Source: Synechococcales cyanobacterium bin31.maxbin.ball.101 (GTDB lineage Bacteria; Cyanobacteriota; Cyanobacteriia; Leptolyngbyales; Leptolyngbyaceae). From it: DNA of 64,000 bases. The position numbers were made by a program, and so were the translations under genes. The stretch's first letter is position 1; each line of letters begins with the position of its first letter. Under the pieces are notes generated by a model that saw nothing but the letters and a program-made list of their open reading frames with translations, was not told where the DNA came from and ran no database searches. Below are positions 44,286 through 53,030 of the stretch, one piece after another. The stretch is taken from the NCBI GenBank assembly GCA_013298165.1, contig JAAFJU010000011.1:980-64979 (forward strand), written 5' to 3'.

Positions 44286-45227
44286 TTAGCTCGCGGTTCG
44301 TTTGGATTGTAGGGTTTTCGATCGCGTCTTAATCCGAGAGGGCGTCAAAATTCGTTGGAGCAAGTCCGGAATCTGGCTAGGCCGATCGGCCACGGGTACG
44401 CCAGCCTGTTTCAAAGCAGAGACTTTGCTTTCTGCGGTTCCAAGATCAGGACCAAATCCGCCCTGTTGTACTTCAATAATGGTTCCCGCATGGCCCATGC
44501 GTCGATCGCGGGGTGCAGTATGGCCTGCAATGTAAGCGACGACAGGTTTTTCGATCGACTCGGCAATATAGTTCGCCGCCACCTCTTCACTGTCTCCCCC
44601 CATTTCGCCCACGAGGACGATCGCATCCGTCCCCTCATCCTCTTCCAGCATTTGCAGCCACTGCGGCAACGTCGAACCCACAATCAAATCAGAACCCAAA
44701 CTCACGCCGATCGACTGACCAATGCCAGCTTTTGTCATCAGGCGTGCCACTTCATAGGTTAGAGGACCATTCCGAGTAATCAACCCGACTCGTCCCGGCG
44801 TGTAGAACATCGGTGGGTGAATGCCTAGGAGCATTTTTCCTGGAAGGATCACGCCAGGGCTATTAGGACCCACTACCAGCGTGTCATTGGCTTCTGCCTG
44901 TTGAATCAGGTGAATCATGTCGATCGGTGGGACGCCCTGACTAATGATAATGAGTTGACGGATCCCTGCCCGCATCGCTTCCGTCGCCGCATCTAATACT
45001 TCGTAGGGATGGCTAAAAATAATCGAAATATCGATCGCGCCATACTTGGCAACCACTTGTTCCACCATGTCTAACACAGGAATGCCCGCGATCGTCGTCC
45101 CACCATGTCCTGGACTGACCCCTGCAACTAACTGGGTTCCATAGCTATGAATTAATGGTGCGTAGGTCGTGGCTAAAGGACCTGCAATGCCTTGTAATAT
45201 AACTTGATTGCTTTGGGAAAATATCAT
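44286..45227 (-). CDS. sucD: Succinate--CoA ligase alpha-subunit-like (CoA-binding / phosphohistidine subunit)
   Basis: VILQGI.G, GVSPGHGG, VGPNSPGVI and the phosphohistidine loop RMGHAGTII are present. Confidence 0.8.
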   Translation of the reverse strand: MIFSQSNQVILQGIAGPLATTYAPLIHSYGTQLVAGVSPGHGGTTIAGIPVLDMVEQVVAKYGAIDISIIFSHPYEVLDAATEAMRAGIRQLIIISQGVPPIDMIHLIQQAEANDTLVVGPNSPGVILPGKMLLGIHPPMFYTPGRVGLITRNGPLTYEVARLMTKAGIGQSIGVSLGSDLIVGSTLPQWLQMLEEDEGTDAIVLVGEMGGDSEEVAANYIAESIEKPVVAYIAGHTAPRDRRMGHAGTIIEVQQGGFGPDLGTAESKVSALKQAGVPVADRPSQIPDLLQRILTPSRIKTRSKTLQSKRTAS

Positions 45228-45729
45228 GAGTACGAGTTGTATAAAGACAGTAAACGGTTAAACGATGAAATAAAGAATTCATTCAACGTAAACAAAAAGT
45301 GTCAGCCTTCTAATGTGCGACTAACAATAAAATCAAACGACAAAAATATACAAAAATGTGATTTAAACAGGCATAATTCAAAACTAAATGGAAGCTATCG
45401 ACTCCTTACAATCCTCTCTCCACCTCATTTTTCACCCGCCTCTCTGAAAGAATTTCTAATATGACAAAAATACTAGAATGCTCTTACAAGGATTACAAGG
45501 TAGGCATTTGATCATGCTAATCAAAGCGTATCAAATACAACAAACATAATGACTGTGTATTTTCAATTAAATCCTTAAGTGAGACTACTATGACTCTGGG
45601 ACAGCTACATCAGTAGATCTTCTGACAAATATCTCTCAAAAATTAGAATACGGATACTAACTAAATAAATCCGTATATCTACAGTCTGTAAAGTCACTAA
45701 GACTGTATTAATCCCAGGTTAAGAAGGTA

Positions 45730-46986
45730 TTAAAATCTTGATTTATCTAGTTTAGCCCATTTCAGCGCCTGCCCGATCGCAAAATCAAGTTCGTCACAAA
45801 GAATGATTGGCCCGCCCATCAGTAACTCCTTGGCTCGATCGCTATCGGGTCCAATCCATCGAATGGTGATTAATGGCAATGTTCTGCCGGGATTGGTCCT
45901 AGGACTTATGGAAGAACTGCTCGGGAGAGGCCCTTCAGTGGTGTGGTGTGAAAGTGACGATCGCGTTTTGGTCTGGAGGAATTCTAGCAGAGTCTGAGCA
46001 ATCGCCTCGCCAGAAACGATGCCGCTGATTAAATTTAGCAGGATGACTTCAACTTGAGGATTTTGTGACATGGCTTCTAGGCCCTGAAGCAGCCGATCGC
46101 AAAAGCTCTGAACATCCCAATTGTGGTGGGTTTCACTGCCAATATTCAGAAAGGCAATGGGTTTTCCCCCCGCTTGATAGAAACTATCCATGGTGGCCAT
46201 GGTTAGCCCGGAGCCATTACAAAGGATGCCAACCACCCCTTGAGTATCCAGGGTTGACTGGACAGCCAGTCCTGGTGCTTCAAACCAGGACAAATCGTCT
46301 GTGCTAGGAAGCTCTGGTTGTTTCATGGGCTGAGCATCAAAGGCAGCTAGGTCGGGATGACGTCCGATCGCCCCATCATTCACCGTCACTTTCCCATCTA
46401 GGGCCATGACTTCCCCGCTATTACTGACACCTAGGGGGTTAATCTCGACCAGGTCGAGGTCTTTTTCAACGAGGAGGTGGTACATTTTCTCCACCACTAA
46501 ACTCACTGCCGTCATCAATGGACCCTCTAGACCCATCTTCAACGCAAGGCGACGAGCGTAGAAGGGCGAAAATTCTCCTTCCACCACGACTTGATGGGCT
46601 GAATCGATCGCACTCCGTACTTCATTGCCTCCCTGAGTACTGCCAAGGAGCACTAATCGCCGGAGGGAGCGATTTAAGGTGACGGCTAGATAAAATTCAC
46701 GATCGACTTGAAATTTCTGTTCGGCGAGGAGGGCGGACGGCTTTTCTCCCATGATTGAGAGATTGAACAACACTTGGGCCGCAGCGATCGCATCGATCGT
46801 CGTAGACACAAATCGGATCCCACCCAGTCTGCCTCGCCCTCCGACATGCACCTGGGACTTGAGGACAATCGGATAGGGAATGGAGAGATGCTTGAGATCT
46901 TGGATCCGATCGATACGCTGAGAAGGAAGGACCGGAATTCCGACATATCTAAAAAGCTCTTTAGCCTGATATTCCAACAAATCCAT
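45730..46986 (-). CDS. sucC: Succinate--CoA ligase beta-subunit-like (ATP-grasp subunit)
   Basis: MDLLEYQAKELFRYVGIPV, VLKSQVHVGGRG..GG, EINPL and GILCNGSGLTMATMD are present. The C-terminal region is longer and more divergent than in the canonical protein. Confidence 0.8.
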   Translation of the reverse strand: MDLLEYQAKELFRYVGIPVLPSQRIDRIQDLKHLSIPYPIVLKSQVHVGGRGRLGGIRFVSTTIDAIAAAQVLFNLSIMGEKPSALLAEQKFQVDREFYLAVTLNRSLRRLVLLGSTQGGNEVRSAIDSAHQVVVEGEFSPFYARRLALKMGLEGPLMTAVSLVVEKMYHLLVEKDLDLVEINPLGVSNSGEVMALDGKVTVNDGAIGRHPDLAAFDAQPMKQPELPSTDDLSWFEAPGLAVQSTLDTQGVVGILCNGSGLTMATMDSFYQAGGKPIAFLNIGSETHHNWDVQSFCDRLLQGLEAMSQNPQVEVILLNLISGIVSGEAIAQTLLEFLQTKTRSSLSHHTTEGPLPSSSSISPRTNPGRTLPLITIRWIGPDSDRAKELLMGGPIILCDELDFAIGQALKWAKLDKSRF

Positions 46987-47168
46987 CGCTATGTCGCCCT
47001 GTAAGTCGATATTTTCTTTCCACATAAATCCCAACACAAATCGTTCTGGTCTGCAACTATAGGTCTAGATTTCCAGGTGTCTGATTTAGTTTTGCTATCA
47101 TTCCATCATACTTCCCTCCTAAAAACAGATGACACGATTTTAGGGAGACGAAGTATTATTGACGGGTA

Positions 47169-47609
47169 GTGGCTGAGAAGGCGAACGAAACTTACATGAC
47201 TGAATTAAAATCTGCTGAAGCAAAAATCAATGCAAGTTTAGAGGAGAGCGGCTCACTAGCCCCCCTCGCGGAAGGTGATGAAAGTACGGCTGAGTTGAAG
47301 GCGATGCTGTCCAAGGGCGTGGAAGTTGTTAGCAACCTGGATTCGATCCTGGGTAAGTTTTTTACGGAATATAAGCAGCTCATCATTTCTTTGGGTCTTG
47401 TGTTTGGTGCGATCGTTTCGGTTAAGTTGACGTTGGCCTTGTTGAGTGCGTTGAATGAAATCCCCCTAGTTGAACCCATTTTGGAGCTTGTGGGTCTAGG
47501 ATATTCTGCCTGGTTTGTGACGCGCTTCATGCTGAAGTCTGAGAAACGTCAAGAGTTCTATGCAAAGTTCTCGGATACGAAGGATCAAGTCTTGGGTAGC
47601 AAGAAATAG
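47169..47609 (+). CDS. CAAD-domain / CurT-like thylakoid membrane protein
   Basis: A two-TM hairpin (ISLGLVFGAIVSVKLTLALLSALNEIPLVEPILELVGLGYSAWFVTRFML) is followed by an amphipathic tail. Confidence 0.7.
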   Translation: MAEKANETYMTELKSAEAKINASLEESGSLAPLAEGDESTAELKAMLSKGVEVVSNLDSILGKFFTEYKQLIISLGLVFGAIVSVKLTLALLSALNEIPLVEPILELVGLGYSAWFVTRFMLKSEKRQEFYAKFSDTKDQVLGSKK

Positions 47610-47650
47610 GGTTTAGAGCCAATCTAGCTAGTTCAGTTAATGAGTTGAAA

Positions 47651-47688
47651 ATAAGCGATCGGGTTTGACACTCGGTCGCTTATTTTTT
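47651..47688 (+). terminator. Hairpin terminator after the CurT-like gene
   Basis: An imperfect stem, ATAAGCGATCGG / CGGTCGCTTAT, is followed by TTTTTT. Confidence 0.5.
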
Positions 47689-48505
47689 AGCTATTGATCT
47701 TGCGGAGTAGATCTTGAATCAATGCACGATCCCCGGCTGCAGGAACAGTTTCGAGGTAGATTTCCAGGTCGTGACGGGCTTCGGGCCAGCGTTGGAGTTG
47801 GAAATAAAGAATGCCCCGATCGCGAAGTTCATCAGGGGCATTGGGAAAGAGGAGGAGGATCCGCTCGACGGCGGCTAGGGCGTTTGGGATGTCGCCTTGG
47901 TTGATGGCGATCCCCTTGAGATTGCCGAGGAGCCGGACGAGAAATTCACGATTACTGACGCTTCTTAGATGCTCAGGTCTAAGTTTGATCGGTTCTTGGT
48001 AGAGCTTTTGCAGCAGCGCTTCGCAATCATCTGGAAACAACACTTCTCCGCCGTTAAACGCATCGACATAGACATCCATTTCACGAACGTCAGGACGAAT
48101 CAGAAAATGTCCCGGCATTCCAATCCCTAACATCGGAAAATTTAGACGTTTTGCAATGGAAAGATAGACGAGTGACAATGTAATGGGAATTCCTAAACGA
48201 TGTTCTAGAACCTGGTTGAGGTAGCTGTTCTGGACATTGTAATAGTCCATGCGATTGCCATTAAATCCCAGATCGTCGTAGAGATACTGGTTAATGGTTT
48301 GGATCACTTTTAGGGGATAGCGGGTGTCTGGGAGACGATCGGCGATCGCCCTGGCCATCGCATCTAGACGCCCTAGGGACTCATCAATGTCGAGGGTAGG
48401 GTGCGCTTCTTGAGCGATGTACAGAGCAGCACGCTCAAGATTAATGGCTTCATCAGGCTGACGAATTTCACGGATGAAACATCGCCGCGCAAGGGAAAGT
48501 TGCAT
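47687..48505 (-). CDS. SirB1-like transglutaminase-fold plus TPR protein
   Basis: INLERAALYIAQEAHP.LD....L..LD.MA..I...L is followed by GIPITLSLVYLSIAKRL..P..GIGMPGHFLIR and then C-terminal TPR-like helices. Confidence 0.65.
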   Translation of the reverse strand: MQLSLARRCFIREIRQPDEAINLERAALYIAQEAHPTLDIDESLGRLDAMARAIADRLPDTRYPLKVIQTINQYLYDDLGFNGNRMDYYNVQNSYLNQVLEHRLGIPITLSLVYLSIAKRLNFPMLGIGMPGHFLIRPDVREMDVYVDAFNGGEVLFPDDCEALLQKLYQEPIKLRPEHLRSVSNREFLVRLLGNLKGIAINQGDIPNALAAVERILLLFPNAPDELRDRGILYFQLQRWPEARHDLEIYLETVPAAGDRALIQDLLRKINS

Positions 48506-48566
48506 AGACCTATCGTCAACAGAAAAAGGTGTCTACTTATTGTAAGCCCCGATCGGCCTGTGTGTC

Positions 48567-50147
48567 TCAAGCCTCTGGGGGATAATAGTCTTTGCCTGCT
48601 CCGTAGGTGAAGGCTTCGATCGATCGATAAGCCCGGTATTGGAATGCCGGGGGTTGGCCTCGGAAAAATTGGGTGAGAACGGGGAGGTTGCGCTCGGCGA
48701 TCGCATTGAATCCGGTATATAAGCCCAAATTGACAAAGTGTCGCATCCAGTCTAGTAGCGTCAGTAGCCCGACCTGCGGCAGGATCTTGAAAATAATTCC
48801 TGGGGATTTGATCGAGGTTTGCCAGAGGGTTTGGGATAAGGCCCCGAATTGGACGACATCTTGTAAAAAGGGTTTGAGTACCAAGGGTCCAAGGGCTTCC
48901 ATTTCGGTGAATACGTCGGCGAGAAGCTGGTTGATCTGTTCTGGGGGGAGCGTTTGGTTCAGTTTGACGCTCATGGATTTTTGGAAGAGCCAGGTGACTT
49001 GCAGGTTGGGTTGGTAGGGCTGAATCAGGGCGAGACTGCCCGCGTCGAGGCATTGGGTTTGGAGGGCTTGACCGATCGCATCCGACAGTCGAATCAAATG
49101 CCGCATCATCGCCCCAAATCCACCAAAACTCAGGGGAGACTGTGCGCCGCTGCCGTCGCCGAGGGAGACAATCCGATCCCATTCGGGGACGAGGGGGCTG
49201 TTTTTGTAGCAGGGGAAGAGGCCGAAGAGGGCGCGTTTGATGTCTAGTTGGTCGATCGCGGTATTTTGATACTCCGGTAACAGGCGGAAATATTCGTCGA
49301 AGAGGGTTTCGATCGAGATCCGATCGGGCTGGGCGTCTAAATAGGTAAATAGATAGGTGGTGCGGCCATCACGTGCGGGGAAGGCTTCCCAAAAGTATTG
49401 GCATTGATTTTGAATGGGTGTGAAGGTGGCGATCAGGTCGGCGGTGCTGTTTTTTGTGTAGCCTGTGGCGCAGGTGCCGACGACGAGGCAGACGGAGTCG
49501 GGCTTTTTGCCGTTGCGGGATTGGAGGGCGATCGGAGAATTATGCCCCATCATGTCCAGCAAGAGTCGCGATTTGATAGAGCTTTGATCTGTGTTGTCTT
49601 GACTGTAAGAAACTTCGACGCCGTTGGGATGAACGATCGCGGTTTTGAAGGTGGCATTTTCGAGGAGTTTTCCGCCCTGTTTTAGAAATTTTTGTTTGAG
49701 GGTTTCGAGTAAATAAACCGGGTCAACGCCTGTATTTAAGACATCTTCGGTCCAGAGTTCCCGATCGCCAAACTTAATCCGAATGGGATTGAATTCACTG
49801 ACGATCGCTTTGTCGAGTTCAGCTTGGGTCAATAATTTAAGCTCGATCAAACCTCTCAGTTCATCGCGGCTGATGTTCCATTCTTGGTCTCGGCCTTTGA
49901 GTTTTCCCCGTTCTAATATGGCAACTTTGTAGCCTTGCAAAACCAGGGTGAGGGCGATCGGTAATCCCAGCGTTCCGCCTGCTACTACTACGTCGTAGTC
50001 CAGTTGATTTAAATCCTGGTCGCTTTCGCTGACGACTTGCGCGGGTGTGCTGCGGGAGGTCGATCGAAGTTCGGTCCAGCGATCGTCCAGGGTTTTGAGC
50101 GCAGCAAGGGTTTCGGGTAGATGGGCGAGATGGGTTTGGGTCAACAT
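48567..50147 (-). CDS. FAD-dependent oxidoreductase of the CruA/CruP lycopene-cyclase-like family
   Basis: DYDVVVAGGTLG is the dinucleotide-binding motif. The length and cyanobacterial context fit. The subfamily call is from memory only. Confidence 0.5.
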   Translation of the reverse strand: MLTQTHLAHLPETLAALKTLDDRWTELRSTSRSTPAQVVSESDQDLNQLDYDVVVAGGTLGLPIALTLVLQGYKVAILERGKLKGRDQEWNISRDELRGLIELKLLTQAELDKAIVSEFNPIRIKFGDRELWTEDVLNTGVDPVYLLETLKQKFLKQGGKLLENATFKTAIVHPNGVEVSYSQDNTDQSSIKSRLLLDMMGHNSPIALQSRNGKKPDSVCLVVGTCATGYTKNSTADLIATFTPIQNQCQYFWEAFPARDGRTTYLFTYLDAQPDRISIETLFDEYFRLLPEYQNTAIDQLDIKRALFGLFPCYKNSPLVPEWDRIVSLGDGSGAQSPLSFGGFGAMMRHLIRLSDAIGQALQTQCLDAGSLALIQPYQPNLQVTWLFQKSMSVKLNQTLPPEQINQLLADVFTEMEALGPLVLKPFLQDVVQFGALSQTLWQTSIKSPGIIFKILPQVGLLTLLDWMRHFVNLGLYTGFNAIAERNLPVLTQFFRGQPPAFQYRAYRSIEAFTYGAGKDYYPPEA

Positions 50148-50219
50148 GATTGAGAGAGATGTCTAGGGTTTACGGTCGCAGGCGACGGATTTATGCGATT
50201 GCTGATTCATTACGATCGA

Positions 50220-50426
50220 CTATGTTGACCAATCTACAATTGATAGCCCCGGTACCAGGGAAAAATCTCGATAATTGCATGTCACCACCGTTGCATTATT
50301 GGCCAATGCGATCGCTGCAATTCGCATATCCTTTTGCAGTCGTTGCTTGGCTAATGCCGGATTCCCCTTAGCGTTTTTCCATAGCAATAGCGATGCTGTG
50401 TCTGTATCTAAAATCCAAAGGCTCAT
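50220..50426 (-). pseudogene. PIN-domain (VapC-like) toxin lacking the central third
   Basis: The 68-aa product joins a PIN N-terminus ([11 protein letters not shown]) directly to a PIN C-terminus ([27 protein letters not shown]). About 60 residues of a normal PIN domain are missing. Confidence 0.5.
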
Positions 50427-50432
50427 GAATCC

Positions 50433-50780
50433 TTATCCTATACTGGGATGGGGTTCTAACCCACGTTCTGCTCTCATTTCTGCCATGATCTCAGCAAAAT
50501 CTGGATCCCCTTCGTACATGCCAATAAACTCGGTCCAAGGGTTCTCTGGCTCTGTGACTTCTGTGCTGGAAACGATCGGAAAACTCAAGACCTCAGTTTC
50601 GGCCAATTGAACCTGTACCATTTTTTGGAGTTGTTCGATCGCAGCTTCTCTGGTTGATGCGGTGACTTGGCAATCACGTAATTCTGCCACGGAAGCCACA
50701 AACTGTTCTGGTCCCACGGACTTAAGCAAAAGATGAAAATTCAAGTCTGCGATATCACGATGGGAAATGGGAAGATTCAT
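50433..50780 (-). CDS. Antitoxin-like partner of the PIN remnant
   Basis: It lies 6 nt upstream of the PIN remnant. The tail, WTEFIGMYEGDPDFAEIMAEMRAER, is typical of cyanobacterial antitoxins that I recall. Confidence 0.5.
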   Translation of the reverse strand: MNLPISHRDIADLNFHLLLKSVGPEQFVASVAELRDCQVTASTREAAIEQLQKMVQVQLAETEVLSFPIVSSTEVTEPENPWTEFIGMYEGDPDFAEIMAEMRAERGLEPHPSIG

Positions 50781-50815
50781 TTGAGTTGCGCCTCAGAAAG
50801 CTACCGTGGGTTCAA

Positions 50816-51019
50816 TTATAGCCTGTTCCTTTGCGTATTTTCGTTGGATCCATCCTGTTTCGATTGCTTTTCTGCTTGAAACTGCTGAAGATATTGATTC
50901 ATGATAGTAGGTCCATCAATGCCCTCACCCCGATCGAGTTCTGCAATCCCAACTGCTATTTTTTGCTTTGTATTTTCAATCCAAGCTTGATGTTCAACAT
51001 TGGGGATGATCTTTAACAT
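50816..51019 (-). CDS. ParD/CopG-like antitoxin fragment, orphan
   Basis: IAVGIAELDRGEGIDGPTIMNQYL resembles the ParD C-terminus. There is no toxin partner. Confidence 0.45.
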   Translation of the reverse strand: MLKIIPNVEHQAWIENTKQKIAVGIAELDRGEGIDGPTIMNQYLQQFQAEKQSKQDGSNENTQRNRL

Positions 51020-51061
51020 GGAGTCCTGATCGTGAGGGACAGGTGTATTGTAGCGATTTCT

Positions 51062-51787
51062 CTAATGTCGAGCGGCTACGCCAAGGTAGAGTTCGCCGAC
51101 TTGTGGATCGTTCAGCAAATCGATGCCTCGTCCTTCAACCCGATCGCGCCCGGATTCCAGGACGTAGCCCCGATCGGACATTTGCAAGGCTTGTTTGGCG
51201 TTTTGTTCGACTAATAAGATCGCCGTGCCCGATCGTTTGATTTCTTGAATTTGTTCAAAGACCGACTGCACCATGATGGGCGATAGGGCGGCGGATGGCT
51301 CATCTAAAATCAACAGCTTCGGGCGGACCATCAGGGCTTTGGCCATGGCGAGTTGCTGCCGTTCGCCGCCTGAGAGCGTTCCAGCCCGTTGTTTTCGTCG
51401 TTCGCCCAGCTTGGGGAACCGATCGTACATTTCTTGTTTAAGTTTTTGAGTGGGCGTATTGCTGACGTAGGCTCCCATGTCGAGGTTTTCTTCGACGGAG
51501 AGCGATCGGAAGACGTTGGCGATTTGGGGGACGTAGCCGATGCCTTTGGGGACGATCGCGTCGGGTCTTAGTCCGGTGATAGGTTCGCCGTCGAAGGTGA
51601 TCGTGCCTGTGTGGGGTGAAATCAAGCCGAAGATGGCTTTGGCGAGGGTGGATTTTCCGGCTCCGTTGGGTCCGATGATGGTGACGAGTTCGCCGGGGTG
51701 GACGTTGACGCTGATGCCTTGGAGGATGTCTACGTCTTTGATGTAGCCAGCGTGAACGCCTTCAACCAGTAGGAGCGGAGTGGTCAT
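51062..51787 (-). CDS. Branched-chain amino acid (HAAT-family) ABC transporter ATP-binding protein, LivF type
   Basis: The motifs are Walker A (GPNGAGKST), LSGGERQQLAMAKAL, Walker B (LLILDEPS) and the C-terminal tail LNDPQVGELYLG. Confidence 0.9.
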   Translation of the reverse strand: MTTPLLLVEGVHAGYIKDVDILQGISVNVHPGELVTIIGPNGAGKSTLAKAIFGLISPHTGTITFDGEPITGLRPDAIVPKGIGYVPQIANVFRSLSVEENLDMGAYVSNTPTQKLKQEMYDRFPKLGERRKQRAGTLSGGERQQLAMAKALMVRPKLLILDEPSAALSPIMVQSVFEQIQEIKRSGTAILLVEQNAKQALQMSDRGYVLESGRDRVEGRGIDLLNDPQVGELYLGVAARH

Positions 51788-51870
51788 GGAAGTGCCAATA
51801 TGAATTCAGTTAGCCGCATTATACAAGAATTCATATTGGCATCAGCGTATTCTGTCTCGTCTCGTCGCTG

Positions 51871-52023
51871 CTAGAAGCTGCCGAGGAGGAAGACGATCGT
51901 AAAGACAGACAAGAACCCAAACACCAAGGCCACGATCGTTGGATAGGGTGCGTGATTCATGTTGTCGAGATATTGGTTGACCTGGTGGTCGTTGGCTTCG
52001 GGACGCCAAATCATCGGTTTCAT
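51871..52023 (-). CDS. Possible 50-aa single-TM protein (below the track cutoff)
   Basis: My own translation: MKPMIWRPEANDHQVNQYLDNMNHAPYPTIVALVFGFLSVFTIVFLLGSF*. GAGG lies 9 nt upstream of the ATG. Confidence 0.3.
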   Translation of the reverse strand: MKPMIWRPEANDHQVNQYLDNMNHAPYPTIVALVFGFLSVFTIVFLLGSF

Positions 52024-52195
52024 AATGCAGACCTCTTTGATGGAGTGATAAAGGGTTTGATTATCAGAGCTTGCAGACTGATGTGGATGTAATCTGCCAG
52101 TTCTGTTTCGTAGCCCTAGTTTATCGTGCTGGTCCGATCGGATTGAAAAATCAGGTGTAAATCTTGATGATTGTATAACGATTGTTCATGATTTT

Positions 52196-52822
52196 CTAAG
52201 GGCTATCCCCAAAGCCTTGAACGATCGTCCCCACACGCTTCAACACCTGTAATAGCTCTGATAAATCGCCTGTATTTCGCAGCGAAAACTCCTTGGATTG
52301 GGCGTAGGTTTTGCCTTCTAGCTTGAGGAGTAGGGAGTTGGCACCATTGCTAATGAGGCCAAAGGTGGGATATTCCGGATGCGGGCTGCCACACATATAA
52401 GTCAATGCCTGGGGCAATGCTGGTTCCAATGAAAAGGTGTTGCGTTTTGACTCGACTAATAAGGCCCATAGTTTGTCATGTAATACTAAAATATCAATCA
52501 CCCCGCGCAGGGTTTTGCCGTCATCGATCGCCTGGATTTTGACGGTGTATTCTGTGGTCATGGTGAAGGGCGATCGGTAAAATCCAGCCAGTGAAAGCAG
52601 TCGCGATAGTACAACCATTTTGACCGCACCTTCGGCCATGGGCTGCTGACTGAGATAAAAGTACTCGGTTTCGATTTCTGCTAAGGCTTTCTCTTCATCT
52701 GGATTCAAACTTGGCAAATCCCGCTGCCATTCCAAGAAAAAGCTTTTATCCCGTGACGGGACTAGCTCAAATTTCTGGATAACATCCCGGAGCGTTAGAT
52801 TTTTGATCTGTGTCGCAGTCAT
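52196..52822 (-). CDS. PD-(D/E)xK-like nuclease-fold protein, paralog of 5665-6264
   Basis: GVIDILVL ... LLVESKR ... FGLISNG ... LKLEGK. Confidence 0.5.
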   Translation of the reverse strand: MTATQIKNLTLRDVIQKFELVPSRDKSFFLEWQRDLPSLNPDEEKALAEIETEYFYLSQQPMAEGAVKMVVLSRLLSLAGFYRSPFTMTTEYTVKIQAIDDGKTLRGVIDILVLHDKLWALLVESKRNTFSLEPALPQALTYMCGSPHPEYPTFGLISNGANSLLLKLEGKTYAQSKEFSLRNTGDLSELLQVLKRVGTIVQGFGDSP

Positions 52823-53030
52823 GGTGAGGGCGATCGGGTATCGGGTAAGTGGCTTCTCTTACGTCATTTTATCCTACGAGTCAATCTTGTAGAACCTGGA
52901 GTGCCTAAAAAATAGTTCAAAGAAATAAGAATCCGCATACAGTGGAACATGTTCAATTTCCTGATCGTCTCTATCTTTAGGTGTATAACGACTCATCCCT
53001 TCGATCTGTTCCTCTTAGTCATTCTTCTCT

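Noticed and set aside
45204-45464. An 86-aa ORF in the sucC-sucD spacer.
   Set aside because: The sequence is Lys/Asn/Ser-rich low-complexity, as expected from AT-rich non-coding DNA. There is no ribosome-binding context, and the ORF overlaps the sucD start.
48373-49182. A 269-aa minus-strand ORF rich in Pro, Arg and Ser, plus several similar ORFs at 35422-36595, 7885-8196 and 22208-22843.
   Set aside because: These are alternative frames of well-supported genes: the oxidoreductase, the helicase, miaB and the histidine kinase. Pro/Arg-rich composition is typical of off-frame translation of GC-rich coding DNA.
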